A DNA stretch of 64,000 bases from an uncultured delta proteobacterium (lineage in GTDB: Bacteria > Desulfobacterota > Syntrophia > Syntrophales > Smithellaceae), in contig CAVWEH010000005.1 of NCBI GenBank assembly GCA_963753975.1, positions 576,001-640,000 of the forward strand. Reading direction: 5' to 3'. The position numbers were made by a program, and so were the translations under genes. Shown here piece after piece: positions 8,565 through 19,754 of this stretch; the first letter of the stretch is position 1, and every line of letters starts with the position of its first letter. Below the pieces are notes generated by a model that was given only the letters and a program-made list of their open reading frames with translations, was not told where the DNA came from and did no database searches.

Positions 8565-9926
8565 GTGAGCAATTTGATGAGAACCGATGAGAAAATAGAT
8601 GCTGATATTATAATTATCGGCGGCGGCGCGGCAGGTCTCATGGCCGCAGGCCGCGCCGGCAAGTTGGGAGCAAAAGTTTTAGTTCTGGAAAAAACCGATG
8701 GCATTGGCAAAAAAATTCTAGTTAGCGGTAAAACTCGCTGCAATTTAACAAATTCCGCCGAGTTAAAAGATTTCATTGCTATGTATGGAATTAACGGCCG
8801 TTTTCTTTACAGTGCCTTTAATCGGTTTTTCCGACCTGAGTTGCTGGACTTTTTTGAGTGCCAAGGGCTCCCGACAAAAGTGGAACGAGGCGGAAGAATC
8901 TTTCCTGTCTCCGATGATGCCCATGATGTGGTGAGAGTATTTAAAAAATATCTGGCTGCAGGCAAAGTCCAGATCAAATTAAATATGCAGGTAACCGCGA
9001 TCGATTTTCAGGATAACGGCACTTACCTTGTCCAAACTCGAAACGGAGCTTACCGCTCTTCTGCGGTTATCATGGCTTCAGGCGGCGCCTCCTGGCCGGA
9101 AACCGGCTCTACCGGTGATGGCTATAAAATGAGCAGAAAATTGGGGCACAACATTGTGAAACTCAAACCGGCACTGGTGCCGCTCGTCGTTCAGGAGCAG
9201 AAACTGACCGAATCGATGCAGGGTGTCAGCCTACGTAATGTCCGCGCCACCGCCTTTCAGGGGGAAGCCTCTTCCATCGATGCTGCGCTTACTCCTCACT
9301 GCAACTATGGTCGGGGGGAAAAAAAATTACCTCGTCCGCCGGTTATCGAAAGTCGCTTTGGGGAGATGCTCTTTACGCATTTTGGTCTAGGCGGCCCAAT
9401 TATATTGCTGATGAGCCTCGCCGTTGTAGAAGCCCTGGAAAATGGTCCTGTATCCGTATTGATAGATTTAAAACCGTCGTTGACCGCGGAACAATTACGT
9501 AAGCGCCTACAGCGTGATCTGGACAAATCCGGTAAAAGAAAAATTACCGGCATCGTTAAAGAATATCTGCCCGCGAAGATGATCGATCCCTTTGTAGAGC
9601 TAGCTGGCATTGGTACAGAAAAGCGGGCGCATCAGATTTCCGCCCTGGAAAGAGAAAAAGTTATTGAACTGCTCAAAGCCCTGCGCTTCAACGTCAAAGC
9701 GCCTCTGCCGCTCACAAAAGCCATAGTGACGGCAGGGGGAGTATCACTTGATGAAATCGATCCGCGGACAATGGCTTCCAGAAAAGTTCCGGGGCTGTAT
9801 TTTTGCGGCGAAGTAATGGATATTGATGCCGATACCGGAGGCTATAATTTGCAGGCGGCTTTTTCGACAGGGCATATAGCGGGCGAAAGCGCAGCAAAAT
9901 ATATAAAGTCGCTGTTGGACAAATAA
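8565..9926 (+). CDS. HI0933/BaiN-family NAD(P)/FAD-dependent flavoprotein
   Basis: GGGAAG, GKKILVSGKTRCN, GEMLFTHFG, VTAGGV, TGGYNLQAAFSTG. Confidence 0.9.
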   Translation: MSNLMRTDEKIDADIIIIGGGAAGLMAAGRAGKLGAKVLVLEKTDGIGKKILVSGKTRCNLTNSAELKDFIAMYGINGRFLYSAFNRFFRPELLDFFECQGLPTKVERGGRIFPVSDDAHDVVRVFKKYLAAGKVQIKLNMQVTAIDFQDNGTYLVQTRNGAYRSSAVIMASGGASWPETGSTGDGYKMSRKLGHNIVKLKPALVPLVVQEQKLTESMQGVSLRNVRATAFQGEASSIDAALTPHCNYGRGEKKLPRPPVIESRFGEMLFTHFGLGGPIILLMSLAVVEALENGPVSVLIDLKPSLTAEQLRKRLQRDLDKSGKRKITGIVKEYLPAKMIDPFVELAGIGTEKRAHQISALEREKVIELLKALRFNVKAPLPLTKAIVTAGGVSLDEIDPRTMASRKVPGLYFCGEVMDIDADTGGYNLQAAFSTGHIAGESAAKYIKSLLDK

Positions 9927-10010
9927 AACAAGTATCTTGCTGTGAAAAAATAGCCGTCATTGCCGCAAGCAAAGCAGCGTGGGAATATAAATTAAAAGAA
10001 GGAGACAGAT

Positions 10011-10665
10011 ATGGATTTTTTTAAAGTTTTAGAAGGTAGGGTAAGTATGCGGGTTTTTTTGGTTAAGCCGGTGGATAAAGGTTTATTGGAAAAAATTTTG
10101 CAAGCGGCATCGCATGGCCCTTCCTGCATGAATACTCAGCCGTGGCAGGTATTTATTGTCATGGGGAAAAAGAAAGATGAACTCTCCGCGGATTTATTGA
10201 AGATAGCCCAAGAGAATCAGCGGCGGCGGCCTGATTTCCCTTTTCCCACTGCTTGGCCGCAGGCCCCGGAAAAAAGATCAACAACTCATCGCTTGCGGCG
10301 TTTTGCGGCATTGGGAATAGACTCTGATGATCAGGTAAAAATCAGGGCCGGTTATTTACGTAATTTCCAGTTTTTTGGCGCGCCCTGTGTCGCCTTCATT
10401 GGTTCGGATAAATCTTCTACTTCCTGGTCGATGTTTGATTTGGGGGCTTTTTGTGCACGGCTTTCTACTGGCGTTGTATGCCGAAGGGTTAGGCGGTAGC
10501 CCGCAGGCAATGCTCTCAGCTTATCCCGATATCGTCCGTAAACACCTGGGCATTTCCGATAATACAAAAATTGCTATCGGCATTTCTCTGGGTTACCCCG
10601 ATAATAATGCTGCGGTCAATAAATACGGACCGCAGAGAATTGATATTAAAGAATTTGTGCACTAG
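10011..10665 (+). CDS. Nitroreductase family protein (frameshift near 10450)
   Basis: R.SMRVF, PSCMNTQPW, FFGAP, DLG; continues in the other frame LFVHGFLLA...ISLGYPD. Confidence 0.8.
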
Positions 10666-10699
10666 TATAATTGATCCCGCTTTTGACAAAAACCCTTTG

Positions 10700-11401
10700 C
10701 TAATGGCTAAGGCTAGCATATGTTTTTAAAATAATGCGGGCGTCGGCCACGACGCACCGATCAGCGGAGCACAGCAAGGGGTTGATGTCGATGGATTCAA
10801 TGTCGTTTTTCAGGGTCATGACCAAGCTGGAAAAATTGACGAGGATATCGGCTAGTTTTTCTGTGTCTACCGGTTCGGCGCCTCGGTATCCGTCCAAAAG
10901 TTTGTATCCTTTCAGAGATCGAATCATGGTCAAACCATCTTGTCGGGAAAGAGGAGCCATTTTCAGGATGACATCACGATAGATTTCTACGCTGGTTCCA
11001 CCTATGCCCATGAGGACCATCGGGCCAAATTGAAAATCAATTTTTGCCCCTATGATAAGCTCAATGCCGGATATCATCCCCTCAACAAGAACACCAACAA
11101 ATCCATTCAACGAACTCAAGCGCTGGAAGGCCTTTGCCATACCTTTATCATCGGCTATTCCTACAATGACACCTCCCGCATCCGACTTGTGCAGGATGAG
11201 GGGAGAAACTATTTTGGCCACCACAGGATAGCCTATTTTGTTAGCAAATTGGAGGGCGTCATCCAGAGTTTTTGCTACCGTAAACCTGGGAACGGCAAAC
11301 CCCAAAAGAGAGAAAATCAGCTTAGCATCGGATTCGAGAATCCATCCGTACTTGCGGGATGCTTCCATGATCCGGATTATTTGGGGATTAAAATTGGTCA
11401 T
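10700..11401 (-). CDS. Acetate/acyl-CoA ligase (ADP-forming) beta subunit, ATP-grasp
   Basis: GYPVVAKIVS...HKSDAGGV, FGPMVLMGIGG, DINPL, VADARI. Confidence 0.9.
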   Translation of the reverse strand: MTNFNPQIIRIMEASRKYGWILESDAKLIFSLLGFAVPRFTVAKTLDDALQFANKIGYPVVAKIVSPLILHKSDAGGVIVGIADDKGMAKAFQRLSSLNGFVGVLVEGMISGIELIIGAKIDFQFGPMVLMGIGGTSVEIYRDVILKMAPLSRQDGLTMIRSLKGYKLLDGYRGAEPVDTEKLADILVNFSSLVMTLKNDIESIDINPLLCSADRCVVADARIILKTYASLSH

Positions 11402-12765
11402 GGCTTATTCCTCCTTAAGGCCTCAATCATCAACACTGCACCCTCAATAGAAGGTGAAACAGCAACGCCGTTTAATTCGAATCCCTCGATCAGCATTTCA
11501 TATTTCTCTACGTTGGGCACATAGGCAATCAGCGGTTTTCCATATTCTCGGGCGATTAGGCTCAGTTTGGCGCCAAGGTCAGAGGTGATTCCGGGGATAT
11601 AGGGAAGCAGCAATACGATAATACTGTCCATATCATCCATAGCCAAGAGCGTTCGGGTGGTCATAACGAAATCATCATCCACGCCGCTTCCCGTCAGGTC
11701 GATGGGATTACTGAGCGCGGCAATTGCGCGCGCACTAGGATTTAAACCTTTACGGATTTCCTCCTGCTTGTCTTTAGGTAAAACTGGTACGGTAATTCCA
11801 TACGAGGCGCAGGCGTCAACGACCATCGCGCCGTGACCCCCGCTTACCGTAATAATCCCCACACTTCCTTCTATATGTTTGGTCGGGTATTCACTCAGAG
11901 ATTCACAGAAAGAAACGAGTTCCCTTTCACTCGTGGCTTCGATGATCCCGTGCTGGGAAAGGGCGGCCGAAAAGCTGTCATAATCTCCCGCGAGAGATGC
12001 CGTATGACTGGCGACAGCCCGGCTCCCGACTTGGCTTTTGCCCGACTTGATTGCGACAATGGGCTTGCCGCACTTTTCGGCTTTAAGAACAAAATTCCTG
12101 CCTTCGTTTTCTCCGAACCCTTCAATGTAGAAAGCAATCACGTTCGTGGACGGGTCAGCCCTGAAGTAATCGAGAAGCTCAATTTCGCCGATGAACGCCT
12201 TATTTCCGATGCTGACTGCTTTTGCAAATCCGACGCCGTCAGTCGTAAATTTTATCATTTGATCCACGAGAATGCCGCCGCTTTGGCTAACAAACGAAAT
12301 ATTCCCCTTGAGGGGTTTTACCATGCGTTCTGCGGGGAGGAAGAACGTGTCCATGTGGTCGGGAACGCAGATTCCCAGACAATTGGGACCGATGAAAGGG
12401 AATGATGCTTCCCGGGCTATAGCAACGATTCTTTCTTGCAGATCCCCTCTGCCTGTTTCCTTGAAGCCCCCGGAGATGATTACGGCGGAACGGACATTTG
12501 CCTTGATGCATTCGGATAACACATCGGGTACGATGTCGGCCCTGACGGCGATAATTGCCAGGTCAATTTTCTCGGGAATATCCGCCAGACTATGGTATAT
12601 TTTCTGTCCGCCGATTATTTCCCGGCCGGGATTAATTCCGTATACCTTCACCGGATAACGATGTTGATTCTTGCTGAATATTTGGTTGGCAGGATGTTGG
12701 TAATTGCTTGCCGAGACGCCGAACACCGCCATCGTCTTTGGTTCAAAAAGCGGCTTGAGATCCAT
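11398..12765 (-). CDS. Acetate/acyl-CoA ligase (ADP-forming) alpha subunit, CoA-binding
   Basis: GPNCLG, SQSGG, SIGN, SHTASLAG phospho-His motif, NPIDLTG. Confidence 0.9.
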   Translation of the reverse strand: MDLKPLFEPKTMAVFGVSASNYQHPANQIFSKNQHRYPVKVYGINPGREIIGGQKIYHSLADIPEKIDLAIIAVRADIVPDVLSECIKANVRSAVIISGGFKETGRGDLQERIVAIAREASFPFIGPNCLGICVPDHMDTFFLPAERMVKPLKGNISFVSQSGGILVDQMIKFTTDGVGFAKAVSIGNKAFIGEIELLDYFRADPSTNVIAFYIEGFGENEGRNFVLKAEKCGKPIVAIKSGKSQVGSRAVASHTASLAGDYDSFSAALSQHGIIEATSERELVSFCESLSEYPTKHIEGSVGIITVSGGHGAMVVDACASYGITVPVLPKDKQEEIRKGLNPSARAIAALSNPIDLTGSGVDDDFVMTTRTLLAMDDMDSIIVLLLPYIPGITSDLGAKLSLIAREYGKPLIAYVPNVEKYEMLIEGFELNGVAVSPSIEGAVLMIEALRRNKP

Positions 12766-12871
12766 CGGTTTCTCCTTTCAGTTGTCTGTTTGTCTGTAAA
12801 TCACGCATCGTGTCTGCCGCCTCAATCGCCGAAGCAAGAATATTTTGTTGAACATTTAGTACCCCGGGGCA

Positions 12872-13079
12872 TCATAATTTCGGAGCTATCAAGGAGAAGA
12901 GACACGCCAGAATCAATAGATTTACTGCCGGTATTTTGAATTTGATGTTCTTCATTAATATGCATGCAGAAATTATTCGCGCCGTCTTTTTCGCCGATTA
13001 CCACGCGGCCGGCAACGCCCTTAGCCTGGTCATTATTAAAGTGGGTCGGTGTGACTCGTGTGTAATTTATTCTCTTCAT
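12872..13079 (-). pseudogene. Cupin-domain protein remnant with internal deletion and frameshift
   Basis: KGVAGRVVIGEKDGANNFCM joins to NEEHQIQNTG (His-containing cupin motif 1 missing); C-terminus LLILACL..APKL* in another frame. Confidence 0.6.
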
Positions 13080-13157
13080 GCTATTCTCCTTACTTTAATA
13101 AGGTGATCATTTTTATAATTAAGCCACAAATGTAGCCGCCCGAATATGACTCGGCAT

Positions 13158-14516
13158 TTATCCAATTAGCGGCACAAATATTTCACTGAGCGTCGGATGG
13201 GGAATAATCCACGGTTGCAATTGTTTTTTAGTAAGGGAATTAGCTACAGCAAGACTTAGAGGCGCGATGAGTTCCGCGGCTTCTTCGCCGACAATGGTTG
13301 CACCAATAATTTTATCTTCGTGGAAGATGGCCTTGACAAATCCCTGCCCCATCAGTTCGGTGCGGGCGATGATGTTGACGCTGTAATTAGATTTGACGAT
13401 CTCCACGACTAATCCTTCGTTTGCCGCCTGTTTTTGATTATAACCAACGCGGGCGATTTGCGGATGACTATAAACAACAGATGGAATACAATTTTCATTG
13501 TAAACAATTGTGTTTGATTCACAAATATGTCCAGCTGCAACTTTACCCTGCTCGGTCGCCCGATGTGCCAGCATCAAGCCGCCGGTGACATCGCCTACCG
13601 CGTAAATACCTGCTACATTCGTCATCATATTTTGATCAACCTTTATACCCGCTTTGGCATATTCAATTCCCAACTTATCCAATTGCGCCGTATCCAGCAG
13701 CGGCTTTCTGCCGGTGCAAAGCAAAACGTAATCGGTGGCCATCTCAAATTCTTTGCCAATTTTTTGAGCCCGCATGACAACTCCATTGCCCGTATCATTT
13801 AGCTTTTCGAGTTTCGTTGATGTGTGGATATCGACACCTAAACGGATCAGTTCCTGCCGAAGCAAATCGACCGCTTCCTGGTCTTCAAAGGGTAGGATTC
13901 TGTCTAATAGTTCAAGTAAGATTACTTTTACACCCAATTCGGCGAAAAAAGTGGCAAATTCTACACCGATTACGCTACCGCCGACAATGATTATGCTGGT
14001 GGGAAGAATATTCAGATTAAGCAGACCATCCGATGTTAAAATGCGTTCGGACAAATTTATTTCCGGCAGCATTTGCGGTTCAGAACCCCAGGCAATAACG
14101 ATGTTTTTTGCCGTAATGATTTTAGAGTTGTCTTGTTGATCCCGGTATTGCACTTCCTGAGGGGAGACGATTTCGCCCGTGCCTTGTTTGGTTTCCACTG
14201 GGGCATCGACGAGCACTTTATGGGCGCCAAGCGCCGCTATCTTGACAATTTGCTGTTGATGTCTTTTGATGGCGGCAAAATCGATTGATGCATCAACGAT
14301 ATTAATTCCAATGCGTTTTAGTTTTTTTAAATCGGCGTAAAACTTACTGCAGACAAGAAGGGCCTTGGTGGGAATGCAGCCGCGATTGGTACAGGTGCCG
14401 CCCCAACCGTTCTTTTCGATAATGAGAACTCGTTTTTTGCTTGCTGCGGCAAGTTCAGCCGCGGCTAGCCCCCCCGGTCCTCCGCCAATGACAATTAAAT
14501 CATATTGTTCAGCCAT
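13158..14516 (-). CDS. lpdA: Dihydrolipoamide dehydrogenase (GCS L protein)
   Basis: GGGPGG, GGTCTNRGCIP, MLAH, HPTLSE; last gene of gcv operon. Confidence 0.9.
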   Translation of the reverse strand: MAEQYDLIVIGGGPGGLAAAELAAASKKRVLIIEKNGWGGTCTNRGCIPTKALLVCSKFYADLKKLKRIGINIVDASIDFAAIKRHQQQIVKIAALGAHKVLVDAPVETKQGTGEIVSPQEVQYRDQQDNSKIITAKNIVIAWGSEPQMLPEINLSERILTSDGLLNLNILPTSIIIVGGSVIGVEFATFFAELGVKVILLELLDRILPFEDQEAVDLLRQELIRLGVDIHTSTKLEKLNDTGNGVVMRAQKIGKEFEMATDYVLLCTGRKPLLDTAQLDKLGIEYAKAGIKVDQNMMTNVAGIYAVGDVTGGLMLAHRATEQGKVAAGHICESNTIVYNENCIPSVVYSHPQIARVGYNQKQAANEGLVVEIVKSNYSVNIIARTELMGQGFVKAIFHEDKIIGATIVGEEAAELIAPLSLAVANSLTKKQLQPWIIPHPTLSEIFVPLIG

Positions 14517-14525
14517 ATTTACTCC

Positions 14526-15395
14526 CTACGAGCATGCTTGCGCGGCATGATAAGAACTACGAACTAATGGTCCTGCTTCCACATACCGAAAGCCTTTTTT
14601 ATAAGCTATTTCTTTTAATTCGGCAAACTCCTCCGGGTGGTAATATTTAACAACCGGCCAATGCCTTAACGTCGGCTGCTGATACTGTCCGATAGTCAAA
14701 CGTGCGCAGGATACAGAAACCAAATCATCAATCAGTTGTAAAATCTCTTCGCGTTTTTCACCAAAACCAATCATAAAACCGCTTTTGGAAATTGCTGTTG
14801 ATGACTTCGCTATTTGTGAGAGCAATTCCAGCGAAAGATTGTAACTGCCCTGCGGCCTCAGTTGTGAAAATAAAGGTTTGACAACTTCCATGTTGTGGTT
14901 GATGACGTCGGGCTTAGCGGCAATGACTTTTTCCAGCGCCGAGGATTGACCCTGAAAATCGGGAATCAACACTTCAATCTTGCAATGGGGAAGCGCTTTA
15001 CGCAAGATACCTATGCAATCGGCAAAGATTTGAGCACCGCCATCGGGCAAATCGTCGCGAGTTACCGAAGTTACGACAATGTATTTTAAAGCCATTTTCT
15101 GCACAGCGGTAAACAAGTGCTCTGTTTCACTTTCATCAATAGGTTGCGGGCTACCGTGCAGAACGTTACAATAAAGGCAATACCGCGTGCAAATATTGCC
15201 CATAATTAAAAATGTAGCCGTGCCATTTTGGAAGCATTCCGCCATGTTGGGGCAGGACGCCTCCTGGCAAACGGTGTGTAATTGAAGCTCGGAGAGAGTT
15301 GATTTAACGCTACGGCATTCATCAGTGAAAGGGGGGCGCACTTTGAGCCAGGCAGGTTTGCGCAGGATTTGTTCTCTTGGTTGCAATTCGTTCAT
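14526..15395 (-). CDS. lipA: Lipoyl synthase
   Basis: CQEASCPNMAEC, CTRYCLYC, VRSSYHA. Confidence 0.95.
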   Translation of the reverse strand: MNELQPREQILRKPAWLKVRPPFTDECRSVKSTLSELQLHTVCQEASCPNMAECFQNGTATFLIMGNICTRYCLYCNVLHGSPQPIDESETEHLFTAVQKMALKYIVVTSVTRDDLPDGGAQIFADCIGILRKALPHCKIEVLIPDFQGQSSALEKVIAAKPDVINHNMEVVKPLFSQLRPQGSYNLSLELLSQIAKSSTAISKSGFMIGFGEKREEILQLIDDLVSVSCARLTIGQYQQPTLRHWPVVKYYHPEEFAELKEIAYKKGFRYVEAGPLVRSSYHAAQACS

Positions 15396-15402
15396 AAAAA
15401 AA

Positions 15403-16848
15403 TCAACCGGGTTTTTTCCAACAAACATCGGGTTTACGCGCGGCAAGCACTTCATCGAGCCTGCTCACCGGTGTCGTCAGCGGCGCATTTTTTACACAAT
15501 CAGGATTTTCCTCGGCTTCTGCCGCGATGGCAATCATAGCGTCGCAGAAGGCATCGAGAGTTTCTTTACTTTCCGTTTCTGTAGGTTCAATCATAATCGC
15601 TTCCGGAACAATTAAAGGAAAATAAATAGTCGGAGGATGATAGCCGTAGTCAATCAGCCTTTTGGCAATATCCGTAGTATGCACTCCGCTTTCGGCAACC
15701 TGTCTTTTGCCGGAAAAAACGCACTCATGCATACAGACACGATCATAAGGCAAATCAAAATAGGGCTTTAACTTTTCTTTGATGTAGTTGGCGTTGAGCA
15801 CGGCCATTTCTGTGGCGCGCATTAAACCTCGAGTGCCCAAGGAGCGAATATAAGCATAGGCTTTCACAATCACATTGAAATTACCGTAAAAAGAGCGCAG
15901 GCGGCCGATGGTATCCGGGAATTTATCCGACCAGTTGTATTCCTCTTTATTCTTTACAATGCGCGGTATGGGCAGATAGTCAGCAAGCTTGGCGATTACG
16001 CCCACAGGGCCGCTGCCGGGGCCTCCTCCTCCGTGCGGTGTGGAAAAAGTTTTGTGCAAATTAAGTTGAATAACATCGAAGCCTAAATCGCCCGGCCTGG
16101 TTTTGCCTAAAAAAGCGTTGGCATTGGCGCCGTCGCCATAGAGTAAACCGCCTTTGTTATGGACGATTTGCGCGACCTTTTCGATATTGCGTTCAAATAG
16201 TCCCAACGTGTTGGGATTGGTTAACATCAAAGCGGCAACATCTTCCGTCATTAAAGACTGCAAATGTTCGATATCTACTCCACCTTCGCTGTTGGAATGC
16301 AGCGTTACCGTATTGAAGCCGCAGAGTGCGCTGGAGGCCGGATTGGTGCCATGGGCTGTATCCGGTATCAGGATAAGAGGGCGTTTTTCATTTTTCTTTT
16401 CAAAATATTTTTTAATCATCATGATGCCGGTGAGTTCCCCATGTGCGCCCGCTGCCGGCTGCAAGGTAAACTCCGCCATGCCGAAAAGGCTGCATAAATA
16501 TTTTTGCATTTCATAGATTAATTGCAGGTTACCCTGGGCAAATTCGCTGGCAGCATAAGGATGAATGCCGGTGAAGCCGGGCAGCCTGGCAACATCCTCG
16601 TTAATCTTGGGATTATATTTCATAGTGCAAGAACCCAGAGGATAGAAGCCCAGATCAACGCCGAAATTCCGTCGCGATAAATTCGTGTAATGTCGGACTA
16701 AATCAACTTCAGCCACTTCCGGTAAATCGAGATCGCTACGCAGATATTTACTGCCTATTGCATCTTCAATGTTGAGAACAGGCACATCGCTTGTGGAGAT
16801 GTCTACGGCACTGCGCCCCTTTTTACTCGTCTCAAAAATCAAGTCCAT
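15403..16848 (-). CDS. gcvPB: Glycine dehydrogenase subunit 2
   Basis: [35 protein letters not shown]. Confidence 0.95.
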   Translation of the reverse strand: MDLIFETSKKGRSAVDISTSDVPVLNIEDAIGSKYLRSDLDLPEVAEVDLVRHYTNLSRRNFGVDLGFYPLGSCTMKYNPKINEDVARLPGFTGIHPYAASEFAQGNLQLIYEMQKYLCSLFGMAEFTLQPAAGAHGELTGIMMIKKYFEKKNEKRPLILIPDTAHGTNPASSALCGFNTVTLHSNSEGGVDIEHLQSLMTEDVAALMLTNPNTLGLFERNIEKVAQIVHNKGGLLYGDGANANAFLGKTRPGDLGFDVIQLNLHKTFSTPHGGGGPGSGPVGVIAKLADYLPIPRIVKNKEEYNWSDKFPDTIGRLRSFYGNFNVIVKAYAYIRSLGTRGLMRATEMAVLNANYIKEKLKPYFDLPYDRVCMHECVFSGKRQVAESGVHTTDIAKRLIDYGYHPPTIYFPLIVPEAIMIEPTETESKETLDAFCDAMIAIAAEAEENPDCVKNAPLTTPVSRLDEVLAARKPDVCWKKPG

Positions 16849-16868
16849 CTATTTTCCCCTTCAAACCC

Positions 16869-16895
16869 GAGATTGCCTCGCCTCGCTCGCAAAGA
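16869..16895 (+). repeat. Fragment of a GAGATTGC..TCGC..CTCGCAA REP-like repeat
   Basis: GAGATTGCCTCGCCTCGCTCGCAAAGA between gcvPA and gcvPB; possible left-half relic GTCATTGCCGCAAGC at ~9956. Confidence 0.35.
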
Positions 16896-16915
16896 TAAAT
16901 AAGGATCGAGTCCTC

Positions 16916-18241
16916 TTATTTTACGATATCTATCACCCGATCAATTTGTTCTTTCGATATCATTTCCGTTGCGCAAAAGAGCAGAGCATTTTCGAGTTCG
17001 GGATAATCTTTTTGCAATTCATAGCCGCCGATGATCCCCTCATTTTTTAGCTTTTTATTGATAAGTCGGGAATGGGGACAGCGTAAAACAAATTCATTAT
17101 AAACCGGGGCGCTGAATACTTCCTTCCATCCTTTAAGCTTCAAGAGTTTTTCCTTTAGGTATTGCGCTTTATAAATATTGAGCGCCGCAAGCTTGCTGAG
17201 ATTTTTTCCCAGAGCGGCAAGATATACGCCTGCCGCCAGCGCGCAGAGAGCTTCGTTGGAGCAAATATTGGAAGTTGCTTTTTCCCGACGGATGTGTTGT
17301 TCGCGGGTTTGCAGAGTCAAGACAAAACCGCGCTTACCGTTCTTATCCACAGTTGCGCCGACAAGACGTCCGGGTATCCGGCGCATAAAATTCTCCCGTG
17401 CGGCAAAAATTCCCAGATAAGGGCCGCCGTAATTAAGCGGATTGCCGAAACTCTGTCCTTCCCCCACGACAAAGTCAGCACCTGATGCGCCTGCGGGCTG
17501 CAGAATTCCCAGTGATGTGCCATCGGTAAAACCGGCGACAAGCAGTGCGCCTTTTTTATGAGCGGCATTAACGATAGGAGCAATATCCTCGATAACACCG
17601 AAAAAATTCGGACTTTGTACTAAAACTGCAGCCACATCATCATTAATTTTGTTTTGCAAAGAGTCCAAATCAATTTGACCGGATGAAGCATACGGTATTT
17701 CGTCGATGGTATAGCCGTTAGCCCAGGAATATGTCCGCACAACCTGGCGGTATTCGGGATGCACAGAGCAGGCAACAATAATTTTGGTTCTGTTGGATAT
17801 TTTTGCTGAGAGAACGGCCGCTTCGGCCATGGCCGTAGCGCCGTCATACATGGAAGCATTGGCAATTTCGGTCCCGGTTAAACGGGCAATCATAGTTTGA
17901 TATTCGTAAATCGCCTGCAGCATACCCTGGCTGATCTCCGCCTGATAAGGAGTATAAGCAGTGTAGAATTCAGCGCGGGAAATTACATGGCCGACAACAG
18001 CGGGAATAAAATGATGATAAGCGCCGGCGCCGGTTAATGTGAATTGCGGGAGTTGGTTCTTGCGGGCAAGATCGTTCATAGCGGCAACAGTCTCTTGTTC
18101 GGATAACGCGGCAGAAATATCCGGCATTTGCTTTAATCTGAATTTTGGCGGAATATCGGCAAATAAATCGTCAAGACTGGTTACTCCGATAACCGCTTGC
18201 ATTTGCGTTATATCCTGAGTGGTGTGGGGACAGTAGTCCAT
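16916..18241 (-). CDS. gcvPA: Glycine dehydrogenase subunit 1
   Basis: YTAYTPYQAEISQG, NASMYDG, TREQHIRREKATSNIC. Confidence 0.95.
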   Translation of the reverse strand: MDYCPHTTQDITQMQAVIGVTSLDDLFADIPPKFRLKQMPDISAALSEQETVAAMNDLARKNQLPQFTLTGAGAYHHFIPAVVGHVISRAEFYTAYTPYQAEISQGMLQAIYEYQTMIARLTGTEIANASMYDGATAMAEAAVLSAKISNRTKIIVACSVHPEYRQVVRTYSWANGYTIDEIPYASSGQIDLDSLQNKINDDVAAVLVQSPNFFGVIEDIAPIVNAAHKKGALLVAGFTDGTSLGILQPAGASGADFVVGEGQSFGNPLNYGGPYLGIFAARENFMRRIPGRLVGATVDKNGKRGFVLTLQTREQHIRREKATSNICSNEALCALAAGVYLAALGKNLSKLAALNIYKAQYLKEKLLKLKGWKEVFSAPVYNEFVLRCPHSRLINKKLKNEGIIGGYELQKDYPELENALLFCATEMISKEQIDRVIDIVK

Positions 18242-18243
18242 GA

Positions 18244-18642
18244 TTAGTGGTTTTCCTCTTGGACCAGTTTTTCATAATCGACGGCGTTAAGCAGAGATTT
18301 GAGTTCGCCTGCATCGGCTAGGCGCATCTTTACAATCCAGCCTTCGCCGAATGCATCTTCATTGACGAGTGACGGATTTTCTTCCAGTTTATTATTTACA
18401 GTAATAACTTCTCCAGCCACTGGTGCGTAAACATCGGATACGGATTTCACGGATTCCACAACCGCCACGGCCTCACCTTTGGTTACTTTCTTTCCGAGAG
18501 GCGGTAGTTCGACGAACACTATATCGGTGAGCATCTCCTGCGCGTAATCGGTTATGCCGACGATAACAGTGCCGTCACCATTGTCTTTTACCCATTCATG
18601 ATCTTTCGAATAGCTTCTGTCGGCTGGATTTTGTTTGGACAT
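18244..18642 (-). CDS. gcvH: Glycine cleavage H protein
   Basis: HEW, GITDYAQ, VESVKSVSD lipoyl-Lys. Confidence 0.95.
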   Translation of the reverse strand: MSKQNPADRSYSKDHEWVKDNGDGTVIVGITDYAQEMLTDIVFVELPPLGKKVTKGEAVAVVESVKSVSDVYAPVAGEVITVNNKLEENPSLVNEDAFGEGWIVKMRLADAGELKSLLNAVDYEKLVQEENH

Positions 18643-18660
18643 GGTTTTTTCTCCTTAATT

Positions 18661-19752
18661 TTATTTAAGCCTTTTATAAAAAGGAATGTTAACTATTTTA
18701 GCGCAACTCATTGAATCGCGGATCTCGATAGAAATTTCGGTTTCCGGCGCGCTGAAAGCAATATCGATGAACGCCAAACCGATTGCTTTTCCTAATGTGG
18801 GCGAAAACGTTCCGGAAGTCACAACGCCGATTTCCTTATTTCTACCGAATACTTTGTAACCGTGGCGGGCTATTCCGCGGCCGGTCATTTCCAGGCCTAC
18901 GAGCTCTTTCTTAATGCCGGTACTTTTTTGTGCCTTGAGCGCTGCCGCGCCGATAAAATCTTTATTCCAATAAATAAGCCAGCTGTACGGTACTTGCAAC
19001 GGAGTAACCGTCTCGGACATATCCTGGCCATTGAGCATCATGCCCGCTTCCAGGCGTAGAGTATCGCGCGCTCCTAATCCAGCCGGCTTCATTCCCCATC
19101 TCTCGCCTCCCGCCATGAATTTATCCCAGATATCGCCTATTTTTTCGGCGACAGCATAAATTTCGAATCCGTCTTCGCCGCTATAACCGCTGCGGGAAAT
19201 AATGGAGGGTATTCCCGCTACATGGGATTCGATAAAATGATAGAAACGCAAATTCTGCAAATTATCGGAGGTCAGTGTCTGCAAAATTTCCTCAGCAAGC
19301 GGACCCTGCAAATCCAGCTTGCCTGTCGTATTGCTGATGTCTTTCAAATTGCAATCAAATCCCTTGTCCCGTTGAATAGATTTTATCCATTGCCAGTCAC
19401 GATCTTTGGTCGTGGCATTGGTCACCAGCATGTAAGAATCTTTTGCCTTTTTATAAACGGTCAGGTCGTCGATAATACCGCCTTCATAATTGAGCATAGC
19501 AGAGAGTTTAATTTGTCCTATTTTCTGATCAGTTAGATTTCTCGTCAATACCAATTGCAAAAGATCAAGAGCCTGCGGACCTTGGACTTCGATCTCACCC
19601 ATATGGCAAATATCAAAAAGGCCTGCGGCACTTCTCGTTCCTCTGTGTTCTTCGATAACACTGGTGTATTGCACGGGCATGGCCCAGCCGCCAAAATCGA
19701 TTATTTTGGCATTCAGGTGAACGTGCTTTTCGTACAAAGGTGTTTTTTTCAA
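18661..19752 (-). CDS. gcvT: Glycine cleavage aminomethyltransferase
   Basis: FGGWAMPVQY, GLFDICHMG, GLGARDTLRLEAG. Confidence 0.95.
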   Translation of the reverse strand: MKKTPLYEKHVHLNAKIIDFGGWAMPVQYTSVIEEHRGTRSAAGLFDICHMGEIEVQGPQALDLLQLVLTRNLTDQKIGQIKLSAMLNYEGGIIDDLTVYKKAKDSYMLVTNATTKDRDWQWIKSIQRDKGFDCNLKDISNTTGKLDLQGPLAEEILQTLTSDNLQNLRFYHFIESHVAGIPSIISRSGYSGEDGFEIYAVAEKIGDIWDKFMAGGERWGMKPAGLGARDTLRLEAGMMLNGQDMSETVTPLQVPYSWLIYWNKDFIGAAALKAQKSTGIKKELVGLEMTGRGIARHGYKVFGRNKEIGVVTSGTFSPTLGKAIGLAFIDIAFSAPETEISIEIRDSMSCAKIVNIPFYKRLK

Positions 19753-19754
19753 TT

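Noticed and set aside
9956..9986. GTCATTGC REP-like half-site
   Set aside because: Too degenerate and unpaired to call on its own.
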